A stretch of DNA of 35,328 nt from Acidobacteriota bacterium (GCA_003223835.1 QHWR01000141.1:8187-43514), one strand, 5' to 3'; shown: positions 9,102 to 18,317, numbered from the stretch's first letter. Numbers and translations: made by a program. Notes: generated by a model from the sequence alone, not told the origin.

Positions 9102-9150
9102 TCCGTGGCGCTCCGTGTCATCCGTGGCTGAAGAAGAACCCTCCGTGGCC
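9102..9150. repeat. Inverted copy of the CACGGA repeat core
   Basis: The reverse complement of 9102-9128 (gccacggatgacacggagcgccacgga) matches the array core at 23/27 nt. An extra tccgtggcc at 9142-9150 abuts the TBDR stop. Confidence 0.85.
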
Positions 9151-12100
9151 CTAAAACGTCGCTCTGATGCCTAATCGTATGACCCGTCCCGGCGAGAATC
9201 CCTCCACGTTGTTTATGGTGTCGGCACCCAAAACACCGGTTGTGCCGTTATGGGGGTCTCCGTCTATCAGGAACGAGGTGAGATCGACGAAGCCGCCCCC
9301 GTAATCCGCGAAGAATTGCGGATGGTTGAACGCGTTATCGAGCAGGGCTGAAAACTGCAGCCGGAAGCGATCGCGTGCGACGAGGTCCTTGTAGAACCCG
9401 AAGTTCACGACCCAGGTGCCCGGCCCTTTCAGGCTCCCCTTCTTCGCATTGCCGAGCTGTCCCGGCCCCGGGAGGGCGTACGCCGTTTGATTGAAAAACG
9501 CGTCGCGCGGTCCGCCCGTGTTGGGATTGGCAATCTGGTCCGGCCGCCAGGCGCAGCAGAAGGCGTTGCCCAGCCCATCCAGCGGCTTCCCCGTATTCCA
9601 CGGACTGGTCGTGTAAAAGCCGCTGAAGAACGGTGTGAGATTCTGGCCGCTGCGCGCCTGGAACAGGCTCGAGACCGTCCATCCGCCAAAGAGCGCGTTG
9701 GCCCAGTTCGCCATGTTCGTGCCGTGCGCGCGGCCGCGTCCGACCGGAATGTCCCACGTCGCGTTCGCGACGACGCGGTGTTTGACGACGTTGGGATCCG
9801 GACCGCGGTCCTTCTCGATATCGTACGGATCGAACTGCACGGGACCGATCGTGCTGTTGCCGGTATCGGGCGCGTTGCTGTCCGAGTGCGCCAGCGTGTA
9901 CGCCGCGTTGAACGCCAGCCCGTTTCGATACCGGCGCAGCAGCTCGAACTGGAGCGCGTTGAACTGGCCGCTGCCGGCGTTCGACACGATGTCCATGTAA
10001 TAGCCGTAAAGCGGGAACGGCAGCCGCGCGTAGTCCGAGGGCACCTCGGGATCGAAGGGAACCGTGCTCGCCTTCAGCGTGTTGTGGTCGCGGTCCACCA
10101 GCAGCTTCCGCATCGTCGATCCGATGTAGCTGGCCCGCAGCCCCATCTGGCCCGCGAGCTCGCGCTCCACCGTGAGGTTGTACTGATAGACGTCCGGACT
10201 CTGCAGGTTCGGATCGATTCCCTGATTGCCGAAGTCGGCCAGGTCCACCGAGAGGGTTCCGCCCGAGAACCCATTGCGAAGCCCGCCGCCGCGGCGCGTG
10301 TTGACGAAGCGGAATTCGTTCGTCGCGAGCAGATCGCGGATGCCCTGGACCGCGACGGTTGGATGGAACAATCCGAAGCCGCCGCGCAGCACGGTCTTGT
10401 TGTTCTCGTCGAGGCGCCAGGCGTAGCCGACGCGCGGGCTGAAGTTGTTCTTGTCGGTCTTGACCAGGGTGTCGGGCAAACCAGCCTTGTCTGCCGTCAG
10501 CGTGCGCCCGAGCGCGATCAGGCCGGGAGGCAGCAGCGCCGCGACCTGCGAATTCGCCACCACATGATGGCCGCCGTCGGCAGCCAGGAAGTTCGCCAGC
10601 AGGAGATCCTTCTCATGCCACGCGCCCACGATCTCGTAGCGCAGGCCGAGGAACACCGTCAGGCTCTGGTTGACGTGCCAGTCGTCCTGGCCGAAGAACG
10701 CGACATCATTGGAGTAGCCCTCGAGCGCTCCACGGTTGGTCACCTGGTCGCGCACGTCGAACGGCATGCCCAGCAGAAAGTCAGTGAAGGCGTTTCCGGT
10801 GTTGGTGTTGCGGAACCGGTACTGCCCGCGGAAATTGACGCCGAAGCCAAACCCGTCGCGCGCCATGTTGCGAGTCCAGAGGCCGCCGCTCTTCAGCGTG
10901 TGGCTGCCCTTGATCGCCGTGAAGCTGTCGCTGAGCGAGAAGGCGTTCTGGCGCAGCGTCCGATCGACGTTGCGGCTGGCGTCGGCGATGTTGGTCGGGC
11001 GGTTCGTCCCGTTGCTGAACTGAAACGACGGGAACCCGCGGCGGTCGGGAGCCAGGCTCGGCGCGTTCTCGATCCCGAGCTGCGCCGCGACATCCTTCGC
11101 CCGAAACGTGCTTTCCCGGCGCGAGTTGTCGTAGTTGTATCCCGCGCGGAGCTCGTTGACGACGGTCGGCGACAGGATCTTCGTCCATCCACCGATGACA
11201 GACGCCGTATTCAGCCTGGTATTCAGGATGGGCAGATTCGTGAGCGCGCGCCCGCCCTCGAAGATGATGCTGTTGGGATCGCGGTTCTGATAGCTCGTTC
11301 GGACGAACAGCGAATCGTTCTTGCTCGCCTCGTGGTCGATCCTGAGGTCGGCCCGCTGACGGTGGCGCGTCTCGGGAACGAACTGCTGGAAGACACCGTA
11401 GCCGTTCGACAGCGTTCCCTGATTGGGCAGCGGATAGAAGAAGTTCATGATCGCCCGAGCCGCCGGATCGATGCGCTCGCCGGGAATCATCTGACCGGGG
11501 AACGGCAGTCCGGTGGTCGGGTCTCTGGGCACGATCGCGGTACCGCGAAAATCGCCGCTCCGCATCGCCGCGGTCGGCACCGTCGCCCGTGCGCCGCCGA
11601 AGATACTCTTGTTGTTCGACCCCTCGTAGTTCGCATAAAAGAACAGCTTTCCGTGAACCAGGGGACCGCCCGTGCTCGCGCCCCACCGATACTCGTGCGT
11701 GTCCGAGAGCGGATCGCCGCGCTGGACGCCCGCGAGCGTCTGGTTGTAGGTCAACGCATTCAGGGCATTGCTGTTGAAATCGTAAAACCCCGTCCCGTGG
11801 TACTGGTTCGCTCCGCGCTTCGTGGTCACGACAACGCCGGCAAGGCCGCCGTACTCCGCGCTGTACGAATTCGAGAGCACGCTGATCTCCGACACGGCGT
11901 CGAGGCCCGGCGCCGAGTTGCCGACCGTGCCGAAGATGGCGTTCGTCGACGCCTGGCCGTCCTGGATGTACGACACGCCATACGTCTTGCCGCCGAGGAA
12001 CTGGATGTCGTCGCTGCCCCCGACAACGTTGGGATTGAGGAGCAGGAACGACTGGATGTCGCGGCTGTCTCGCGGAAGATCATGAAGCTGCTGCTCATCG

Positions 12101-12522
12101 AAGCCGCGAGCGATGGCCGGGTTGTCGAGCGTGATGTTGTTGAGCGCATCGCCCGTGACAACGACCGCCTCGTTCACGCTGCCCAGCTCGAGGCGGACGT
12201 CCACCAGCGCCGTGCCGCTGGCACGCACCAGAATCCCCGTCCTCTCGAACTTCTTGAAGTTCTGCGTGATCACCTGGAGACGATAGGTCCCGGGCCTGAC
12301 ATCGGGAGCCTCATAGCGTCCCTGCGCGTCGGTCTCGAGCGCGCGGGGCACACCGGTCGACTCGTCGGTGATCAGCACCGCGGCGTTCGGGACGACCTGT
12401 CCCTGGGGATCGGTGATCGTGCCGCGAATCGTCCCCAGGAACGATTGCGCAAAGCCAGACGCACTGAAGCCAACGAGGAACAGGAGCACGAAGGAAGGGA
12501 TCGCGGCGAAGAGTCTCCTCAT
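9151..12522 (-). CDS. TonB-dependent receptor, Oar-like acidobacterial type with carboxypeptidase-regulatory-like domain
   Basis: Signal peptide MRRLFAAIP...; GTIRGTITDPQG; YSAEYGG..G.V...TKRG; FSPRVG; NAFNHPQF; C-terminal RLGIRATF. GAGGT RBS before ATG 12522. Confidence 0.95.
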   Translation of the reverse strand: MRRLFAAIPSFVLLFLVGFSASGFAQSFLGTIRGTITDPQGQVVPNAAVLITDESTGVPRALETDAQGRYEAPDVRPGTYRLQVITQNFKKFERTGILVRASGTALVDVRLELGSVNEAVVVTGDALNNITLDNPAIARGFDEQQLHDLPRDSRDIQSFLLLNPNVVGGSDDIQFLGGKTYGVSYIQDGQASTNAIFGTVGNSAPGLDAVSEISVLSNSYSAEYGGLAGVVVTTKRGANQYHGTGFYDFNSNALNALTYNQTLAGVQRGDPLSDTHEYRWGASTGGPLVHGKLFFYANYEGSNNKSIFGGARATVPTAAMRSGDFRGTAIVPRDPTTGLPFPGQMIPGERIDPAARAIMNFFYPLPNQGTLSNGYGVFQQFVPETRHRQRADLRIDHEASKNDSLFVRTSYQNRDPNSIIFEGGRALTNLPILNTRLNTASVIGGWTKILSPTVVNELRAGYNYDNSRRESTFRAKDVAAQLGIENAPSLAPDRRGFPSFQFSNGTNRPTNIADASRNVDRTLRQNAFSLSDSFTAIKGSHTLKSGGLWTRNMARDGFGFGVNFRGQYRFRNTNTGNAFTDFLLGMPFDVRDQVTNRGALEGYSNDVAFFGQDDWHVNQSLTVFLGLRYEIVGAWHEKDLLLANFLAADGGHHVVANSQVAALLPPGLIALGRTLTADKAGLPDTLVKTDKNNFSPRVGYAWRLDENNKTVLRGGFGLFHPTVAVQGIRDLLATNEFRFVNTRRGGGLRNGFSGGTLSVDLADFGNQGIDPNLQSPDVYQYNLTVERELAGQMGLRASYIGSTMRKLLVDRDHNTLKASTVPFDPEVPSDYARLPFPLYGYYMDIVSNAGSGQFNALQFELLRRYRNGLAFNAAYTLAHSDSNAPDTGNSTIGPVQFDPYDIEKDRGPDPNVVKHRVVANATWDIPVGRGRAHGTNMANWANALFGGWTVSSLFQARSGQNLTPFFSGFYTTSPWNTGKPLDGLGNAFCCAWRPDQIANPNTGGPRDAFFNQTAYALPGPGQLGNAKKGSLKGPGTWVVNFGFYKDLVARDRFRLQFSALLDNAFNHPQFFADYGGGFVDLTSFLIDGDPHNGTTGVLGADTINNVEGFSPGRVIRLGIRATF

Positions 12523-12632
12523 TATCTTCAACCTCGCGGGGTGAATGTCCATCTTGCATTGCCCGTTGTCAACGGGTTTTTACAAACGTGTTGAGCGGGG
12601 TGGTGATTCTCGTTACGCTCTTCCGTGGCCCG

Positions 12633-14861
12633 ATGAGGTTGCTGTTCGCTCGCGGATTCGTTCTCACGATGCTGATCCTGGCCGGCGGCTGCCGCGCGGG
12701 CGCTTCCCGCTCGACCGTCCCGGACAGGCCGAATGTGCTGCTCGTCACGATCGACACGCTCCGCGCGGACCACGTCGGATGTTATGGGTATCGGGACGCG
12801 TCCACTCCGACAATCGATGCGCTCGCCAGGCGAGGTGTTCGTTTCGAGACAGCGGTGGTCCATGCGCCGCTGACCGGACCGTCACATGCGTCGATCCTGA
12901 CCGGCCAGATTCCAGTCGGTCACGGCTTCCGGAACAACAGCGGATTCATGTTGCCGCCGCAGGTCAAAACGGCGGCCGAGGATTTTCGGCAGGCCGGCTA
13001 CCGTACGGCGGCCTTCGTGTCCGGCTTCCCGCTCGATCGCCGATTCGGGTTCAACCGGGGGTTCGAGATCTACGACGATCGTCTGCCCAAAGGGAACGAT
13101 CGTCGCCGGACCCCCTACGTGGAGCGGTTCGCGGATGCGACGACCGATGCGGCGCTTCGCTGGCTCGGAGCGGCGAGTTCTGCCCGAGCGCCCGAGTCGC
13201 GCTGGTTCCTCTGGGTTCACTATTACGATCCGCACGCGCCATACGAGCCGCCGGCGGATCTGGCCGAGCGGTACCGTCAGGCGCCGTACGACGGCGAGAT
13301 CGCGTTCGTCGACCGCCAGCTCGCGCGTCTGTTCGGGGCGCTCGATGTGACGAACGAAACCGCGCGCACGATCATCCTCGTCACCGCAGACCATGGAGAG
13401 AGCCTGGGGGAGCACGGCGAGGGCACGCACGGCATCTTCCTCTACGATGCGACGCTTCGCGTGCCCTGGGTGATGGCGGGCCCGCAGATTCCCGCAGGCC
13501 GCGTGTCCCGCACCGTCGCGCGTTCTATCGACGTGTTGCCGACGCTTGCGGATTACGCCGGGCTCGCCCGCCGCAGCGACGTCGACGGCCGTTCCGTTCG
13601 CGCGGCCGCCGATGGCCGCCCGATGTCCGATGCGGCGTCCTACGCCGAATCCTTGTACTCGGAACTGGAGCTCGGATGGGCGCCCCTCTATGCGTGGCGG
13701 ACGGCCGCATCCAAGTTCATCAAGGCGCCGCACCCTGAGTTGTACGACCTCGACACCGATCCGTCGGAGACGAGGAACCGCGTGGGGGAGCAGCATGCGC
13801 GTGCCGCGGATCTGAGCCGCACCCTCGAAGAGGTCCTCCTTCGGACACCCGCCCCGGTCGCGGCGCCCCCGGTCGACAGCGAAACGGCGGAGCGGCTGCG
13901 CGCGCTCGGCTACGTGAGCGGAGGCCGCGTCTCGCATGCCGCGGGCGTCGCGCAGCGCGACCCCAAGGACGGCATCCACCTGCTGCCGCATCTCAATCGC
14001 GGCATGTCTGCCGCGCGTACGGAGCCGGAACTCGCGATCCGGGAACTGACGGCGGTGCTCGCAGAGGACTCGAGCTTGTTGATGGCTCGTCGGACCCGCG
14101 CCGTCGCCTACGCCGCCGCCGGCCGCCACGACCTCGCCATTGCCGATCTCCGCGCGCTCGAGAACAAAGGAGCGCTCACCGCTGAAGACGCCGTCGTGCT
14201 CGGCGACAACCTTCGGTCCGCCGGCCGGCTGGAGGAAGCGGCCCTCGTGCTCGAACGCGCGGCGCGCGAGAACCCCGCGTTTGCTCAGCCCGTCATTTCC
14301 CTCGCCGAGGTGCGAATCCAGGAGCGCAAGTACGACGAGGGCGCGGCGTTGTGCGAGCGAGTCCTGAAGCTCGTCCCCGATCACATCGAGGCGCTCCGGC
14401 GTCTCGGAGATCTCGCCCTCCTCCGGGAAGACCTTGGCACGGCCGCCGCCCGTTACGAGCGCATTGTGGCGCTCGATGCCAACGATGCGTCCGCCTTGAC
14501 GAAGCTCGGCGTCGTCCGGATGCGGAGCGGGCGCTCGGATCTGGCGATGCCGCTCTTTCGTCAGGCCATCGAGCGCGAACCCAGGAACGCGGACGCGCTC
14601 TTGTATCTTGCCGGTGCGCTGGCCTCCGGCGGGCGTCCCGCTGACGCGCTGCCCTACTTCGAACGGGCGCTCGAGGCCGGCCCTCCTTCGACGATGGCGC
14701 TGAACGGGTTGGGCCTGACACGCCTGGCCGTCGGGGATACCGCCGGAGCCGCGGCCGCCTTCCGCAAGTCGCTGCAACTCGATCCGACGCAGCCCGAAAT
14801 AGCGCGGACCCTGGCGGAAATGCGCCGGCAGGCTGTTGAAAAACAACAGCCTGAATGCTAA
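12633..14861 (+). CDS. Sulfatase-like (alkaline phosphatase superfamily) hydrolase fused to C-terminal TPRs
   Basis: NVLLVTIDTLRADH, PLTGPSHASILTG, HYYDPHAPY, ADHGE, ELYDL, LRALGY, then TPR repeats. A possible lipobox (LAGGC) follows the signal peptide. Confidence 0.92.
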   Translation: MRLLFARGFVLTMLILAGGCRAGASRSTVPDRPNVLLVTIDTLRADHVGCYGYRDASTPTIDALARRGVRFETAVVHAPLTGPSHASILTGQIPVGHGFRNNSGFMLPPQVKTAAEDFRQAGYRTAAFVSGFPLDRRFGFNRGFEIYDDRLPKGNDRRRTPYVERFADATTDAALRWLGAASSARAPESRWFLWVHYYDPHAPYEPPADLAERYRQAPYDGEIAFVDRQLARLFGALDVTNETARTIILVTADHGESLGEHGEGTHGIFLYDATLRVPWVMAGPQIPAGRVSRTVARSIDVLPTLADYAGLARRSDVDGRSVRAAADGRPMSDAASYAESLYSELELGWAPLYAWRTAASKFIKAPHPELYDLDTDPSETRNRVGEQHARAADLSRTLEEVLLRTPAPVAAPPVDSETAERLRALGYVSGGRVSHAAGVAQRDPKDGIHLLPHLNRGMSAARTEPELAIRELTAVLAEDSSLLMARRTRAVAYAAAGRHDLAIADLRALENKGALTAEDAVVLGDNLRSAGRLEEAALVLERAARENPAFAQPVISLAEVRIQERKYDEGAALCERVLKLVPDHIEALRRLGDLALLREDLGTAAARYERIVALDANDASALTKLGVVRMRSGRSDLAMPLFRQAIEREPRNADALLYLAGALASGGRPADALPYFERALEAGPPSTMALNGLGLTRLAVGDTAGAAAAFRKSLQLDPTQPEIARTLAEMRRQAVEKQQPEC

Positions 14862-14936
14862 ATGCCAAAAGTGCATTGTTTTTGGCATTTTGCATTTAGC
14901 ATTTGGCATTCCAGGTTGCATTCTTCAACAACCTGC
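14828..14936. mobile_element. ~109-bp MITE-like/palindromic element with 16-bp imperfect terminal inverted repeats and internal 7-mer repeats
   Basis: gcaggctgttgaaaaa ... ttcttcaacaacctgc. The interior has aatgcta/aatgcca facing tttggca/ttttgca/tttagca/tttggca. It is AT-rich relative to the flanks and sits between convergent genes. Confidence 0.6.
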
Positions 14937-16238
14937 TTAGTACTGGCGGAAACGCGCAACGTCCACCCACCGGCCTCCGACCATCACCCGCTCGACGCTT
15001 CGGATGGCCGCGATATCGCGAAGCGGATTGTCGCGGAGCACGACGAGATCCGCCTGTCGCCCACGACCCAGGGTGCCCAGGTCGTTGCTGCGATAGAGGA
15101 AACCGGCCGCGGTGCCGGTCGCGGCGGTAATCGCCTCGAGCGGAGATAGTCCGCTCTCGACGAGCAGCTCCAGCTCGCGCCACGGCGCTTCGCCGCGGGC
15201 GGCGTAAGGGACGGTCGAGTGCCCGCCCATGACGAGACGCGCCCCTTCGAGCCCCGCGCGTCGCGTGAGCTGTTTCATTTTCGAGAATCCTGCGACCAGC
15301 ACCGGAATCATCTCGGGTTTTACATCTTCCGGCGGGTTGTCCGCGCGCCGCTCGAAGACGGCGAGCGTCGGATCCAGCCATGGCCTGCGTTCGCGCAGGA
15401 CGGCGTAGAGCGCCCTGGCCTCGGGTCCGTCGAGATCGGCGCGCGCGAACAGCTTGTATCGCCCGTCGCGTCGCGCGTCGTTGTCTGCCAATACGGCCTG
15501 ACGGTAGGCTTCCGCTTCGTGGCGTGGGACGACGCTGATGCCGAGCGAAGTCACGTGCTCGATGCCGTGAAGGCCCGCGGCTATCAGCTCGCGCGCGTCG
15601 AGCAGTTCGAGGTGGGCCGTGCAGGGGATATGATGCGCTGCGCACACGTCGATGACGGCTTTTGCGCTCGCGAACGGCAGCCTGAAATAGATTTTCAGCG
15701 CTGTCGCGCCATTGCGCACGTTGATCTCAGCCTGCCGGCGCGCTTCCTCTGCGTCCCGCGCGACGACCGAATCCGCCGGGTATGCGGGATGTTCCCCATC
15801 GATGTGCGGTCCCGCGGTGAAGATCCGGGGCCCGGGCAGGTGATCCGCCGCGATCATCTGCCGCAGCTCGACGAACTTCTCCTCCCACTGCCCGGGATCC
15901 CGGAAGCTCGTCACCCCGTAACTGAGCTGCCGAAGCGCGAGCTTCGGATCGTTCTCGATATGAAAGTGCAGATCGATCAGGCCCGGCACGATCGTGCGGC
16001 CCGACAGGTCAACGGTTTCCGCGCCGGCCGGGGCCTGGACCGTCGCGCGCGGGCCAACCTGCGCGATCCGGTCCCCCTGGATTACGATGCGGCCATGTTC
16101 GATCGCCGCGGCTCCCGTCCCGTCGACCACGCGCACATCGTCGAGCACCAGGGCGCGGACCTGGCTGCGCGCCGGGGGTCCCGCCAGCATCGCACCGGCC
16201 GCCGTCGCACCCGCGAGCCACCGAAATGCGTTGCGCAT
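14937..16238 (-). CDS. Secreted amidohydrolase-superfamily protein (imidazolonepropionase-like)
   Basis: Signal peptide from ATG 16238; PGLIDLHFH, LKIY, TAH, IEH, GRQADLVVL. The upstream extension in the ORF track is REP sequence. Confidence 0.9.
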   Translation of the reverse strand: MRNAFRWLAGATAAGAMLAGPPARSQVRALVLDDVRVVDGTGAAAIEHGRIVIQGDRIAQVGPRATVQAPAGAETVDLSGRTIVPGLIDLHFHIENDPKLALRQLSYGVTSFRDPGQWEEKFVELRQMIAADHLPGPRIFTAGPHIDGEHPAYPADSVVARDAEEARRQAEINVRNGATALKIYFRLPFASAKAVIDVCAAHHIPCTAHLELLDARELIAAGLHGIEHVTSLGISVVPRHEAEAYRQAVLADNDARRDGRYKLFARADLDGPEARALYAVLRERRPWLDPTLAVFERRADNPPEDVKPEMIPVLVAGFSKMKQLTRRAGLEGARLVMGGHSTVPYAARGEAPWRELELLVESGLSPLEAITAATGTAAGFLYRSNDLGTLGRGRQADLVVLRDNPLRDIAAIRSVERVMVGGRWVDVARFRQY

Positions 16239-16262
16239 GGTCAGCGATTGTAGTGCGCCGCA

Positions 16263-16421
16263 TCTTCCGCCTGACCAGCCTTCGCCGAGGCTTCGGCGGT
16301 CCGCCATAGCGCTTCGCGCGGAGGCGGAAGGCGGAAGCCACGAATGAAGATCGAGTGGCTCCGGCTTTGGCGGGAAGGTCGTACGAATACCGATCTTGTG
16401 CCTTCCGGTTTTAGCCGGAAG
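16263..16421. repeat. REP-like cluster (GTGG-type palindrome; one reverse copy with a nested insert plus two forward copies)
   Basis: tcttccgcctga[54 bp]aggcggaagccac at 16263-16341; gtggctccggctttggcgggaag at 16355-16377; gtgccttccggttttagccggaag at 16398-16421. Confidence 0.8.
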
Positions 16422-16438
16422 ATGTCAGGAGGGGCCCG

Positions 16439-18307
16439 ATGAAACTGAAGATGGCCGGTGCGCTGTTGCTCATCGCCGGCGGCACCGGTCTCTCCGCGCC
16501 CGCCGGCCGTGGCGACGGCGACTGGCCCGCCTTCGGCAGGGATCCTGGCGCGCAGCGGTTCTCTCCGTTGACGCAGATCACCACCGGCAACGTGTCGGCG
16601 CTGCAGCAGGCCTGGACGTTCGATAGCGGCAGCCTCGACCTCCAGGTCACCCCTCTGGTGATCGACGGGATGATGTATCTCACCGGCGGCTCGAATGTCT
16701 TCGCGCTCGAACCGGAAACCGCCAAGCAGATTTGGAGGTACGACGCGAAGGACGCGGTCAGCCGCCGCGGGGTCGCGTACTGGCGCGGAAGCGCGGGCGC
16801 CGCGCCGCGTGTGTACTCAGGCGTCGGCGACGGGCGGATGCTCGCGCTCGATGCGCGGACCGGCGCGGTCGTCACCGATTTCGGCGTGCAGGGCTTCGTC
16901 GATCTGAAGCAAAGCGTCCGCGGCGACGTGGACGGGTCGTTCAGGTTGATCACGCCGCCGGCGGTTTACAAAGACATTCTGATCACCGGAGGCAGCAACG
17001 GCGAGTTGGAGCCCAGCACGGGTTTGTACGGCGATATTCGGGGATGGGATGCGCGTAACGGCAAGCTGCTGTGGTCGTTTCATACCGTGCCGCGCGCCGG
17101 CGAGCCTGGAGTGGAAACGTGGAACGGCGAGAGCTGGAAGAATCGGTCGGGAACGAACGCGTGGTCGTACTTGACGGTCGACGTGGATCGCGGCCTCGTG
17201 TTCGCGCCGACGGGATCGCCGACATCTGACTTTTACGGCGCGGATCGCAAGGGAAAGAATCTGTACGCGAATTGTTTGATCGCGCTCGACGCGGCCACCG
17301 GCACACTGAGATGGTTTCAGCAACTCGTGCACCATGACATCTGGGACTGGGACCTGCCCGCCGCGCCGACCTTGATTGAGGTGAGCCGCAACGGCCGCAG
17401 GATTCCCGCCGTGGCCGAGATCACCAAGATGAGCACGCTCTTCATCTTCGATCGCGTCACGGGAGAGCCGTTGTTCGGCATGGAAGAGCGCCCGGTGCCG
17501 CAAAGCGATCTGCCGGGCGAAGCGACCTGGCCCACGCAGCCGTTTCCCTTGCAGCCGCCGCCGCTGTCCCGCACGACATTCGATCCCTCCAAAGATCTAT
17601 ACGCGTTGACGGCGGACCATGCCGCCTACTGCCGCGACCTTTGGGACAAGAACAAGATGTTCACCAGGGGCATGTTCACGCCGCCGGGTCTGGATGGGAC
17701 GATGGTCATGTTTCCGAGCACGCTTGGCGGCGGGAATTGGAGCGGGCTCTCGTACGATCCGGGTCGCGGGCTCGTATTCACCAACATCATGAACCTCGGG
17801 CAGGTCGCGCGGATGATCGGTCGTACCGATCCCGCGACGGGCGCCGTGACGTACACGCGCACGTCACCCTGGGGTGGCGCGTACGCCCGGTTCTGGGATC
17901 CTCAAACACGGATGCCGTGTTCAGCGCCGCCGTTCGGAGAGCTGGTCGCCGTCGACGTGAACCGCGGCGCGATTCGTTGGCGTGTGCCCCTCGGAGAGTT
18001 CGACGATCTGACAGCACGCGGGGTCCCGAAGACCGGCACGCCGAACATCGGCGGCGCGATCGCGACCGCATCCGGCGTCGTCTTCATCGGCGGCACGATC
18101 GACAGGCGTTTTCGCGCCTTCGACGCGGCGACGGGCCGCACGCTTTGGGAGACGACGCTCGAGGCAAGCGGACACGCGACGCCGATGACGTTCATGGGGC
18201 GCGACGGCCGTCAGTACGTCGTGATCGCCGCGAGCGGCGACGGACTCCTCAGGTCGCCGGCCGGATCCAAAGTCGTCGCGTTTGCGCTGCCAGCAGCCGG
18301 GCGGTAG
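16439..18307 (+). CDS. PQQ-dependent dehydrogenase, glucose/quinate/shikimate-dehydrogenase-like, periplasmic
   Basis: DWPAFGRDPGAQRFSPLTQIT, QVTPL, RGVAYW, HHDIWDWDLPAAP, GGGNWSG, Trp-docking repeats; AGGAGG RBS. Confidence 0.93.
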   Translation: MKLKMAGALLLIAGGTGLSAPAGRGDGDWPAFGRDPGAQRFSPLTQITTGNVSALQQAWTFDSGSLDLQVTPLVIDGMMYLTGGSNVFALEPETAKQIWRYDAKDAVSRRGVAYWRGSAGAAPRVYSGVGDGRMLALDARTGAVVTDFGVQGFVDLKQSVRGDVDGSFRLITPPAVYKDILITGGSNGELEPSTGLYGDIRGWDARNGKLLWSFHTVPRAGEPGVETWNGESWKNRSGTNAWSYLTVDVDRGLVFAPTGSPTSDFYGADRKGKNLYANCLIALDAATGTLRWFQQLVHHDIWDWDLPAAPTLIEVSRNGRRIPAVAEITKMSTLFIFDRVTGEPLFGMEERPVPQSDLPGEATWPTQPFPLQPPPLSRTTFDPSKDLYALTADHAAYCRDLWDKNKMFTRGMFTPPGLDGTMVMFPSTLGGGNWSGLSYDPGRGLVFTNIMNLGQVARMIGRTDPATGAVTYTRTSPWGGAYARFWDPQTRMPCSAPPFGELVAVDVNRGAIRWRVPLGEFDDLTARGVPKTGTPNIGGAIATASGVVFIGGTIDRRFRAFDAATGRTLWETTLEASGHATPMTFMGRDGRQYVVIAASGDGLLRSPAGSKVVAFALPAAGR

Positions 18308-18317
18308 GAGGTCCTTC

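Noticed and set aside
8642-9174. Short ORFs across the tandem array
   Set aside because: They are repetitive translations of a 47-bp unit that is not a multiple of 3, with no RBS or family motif.
12562-12576. Palindrome cccgttg-t-caacggg containing TTGACA (minus) between the divergent TBDR and sulfatase-like genes
   Set aside because: Could be an operator or -35, but there is no matching -10 at correct spacing and I found no second copy; too weak to call.
9487-12594. 1035-aa plus-strand ORF, and similar long antisense ORFs (5610-7583, 12882-14921, 21308-23914, 24511-26787)
   Set aside because: Shadow ORFs opposite well-supported genes, expected in high-GC DNA; Arg-rich with no motifs.
16239-16307. 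N-terminal extension of the amidohydrolase in the ORF track
   Set aside because: Largely translated REP sequence; the signal peptide begins at ATG 16238.
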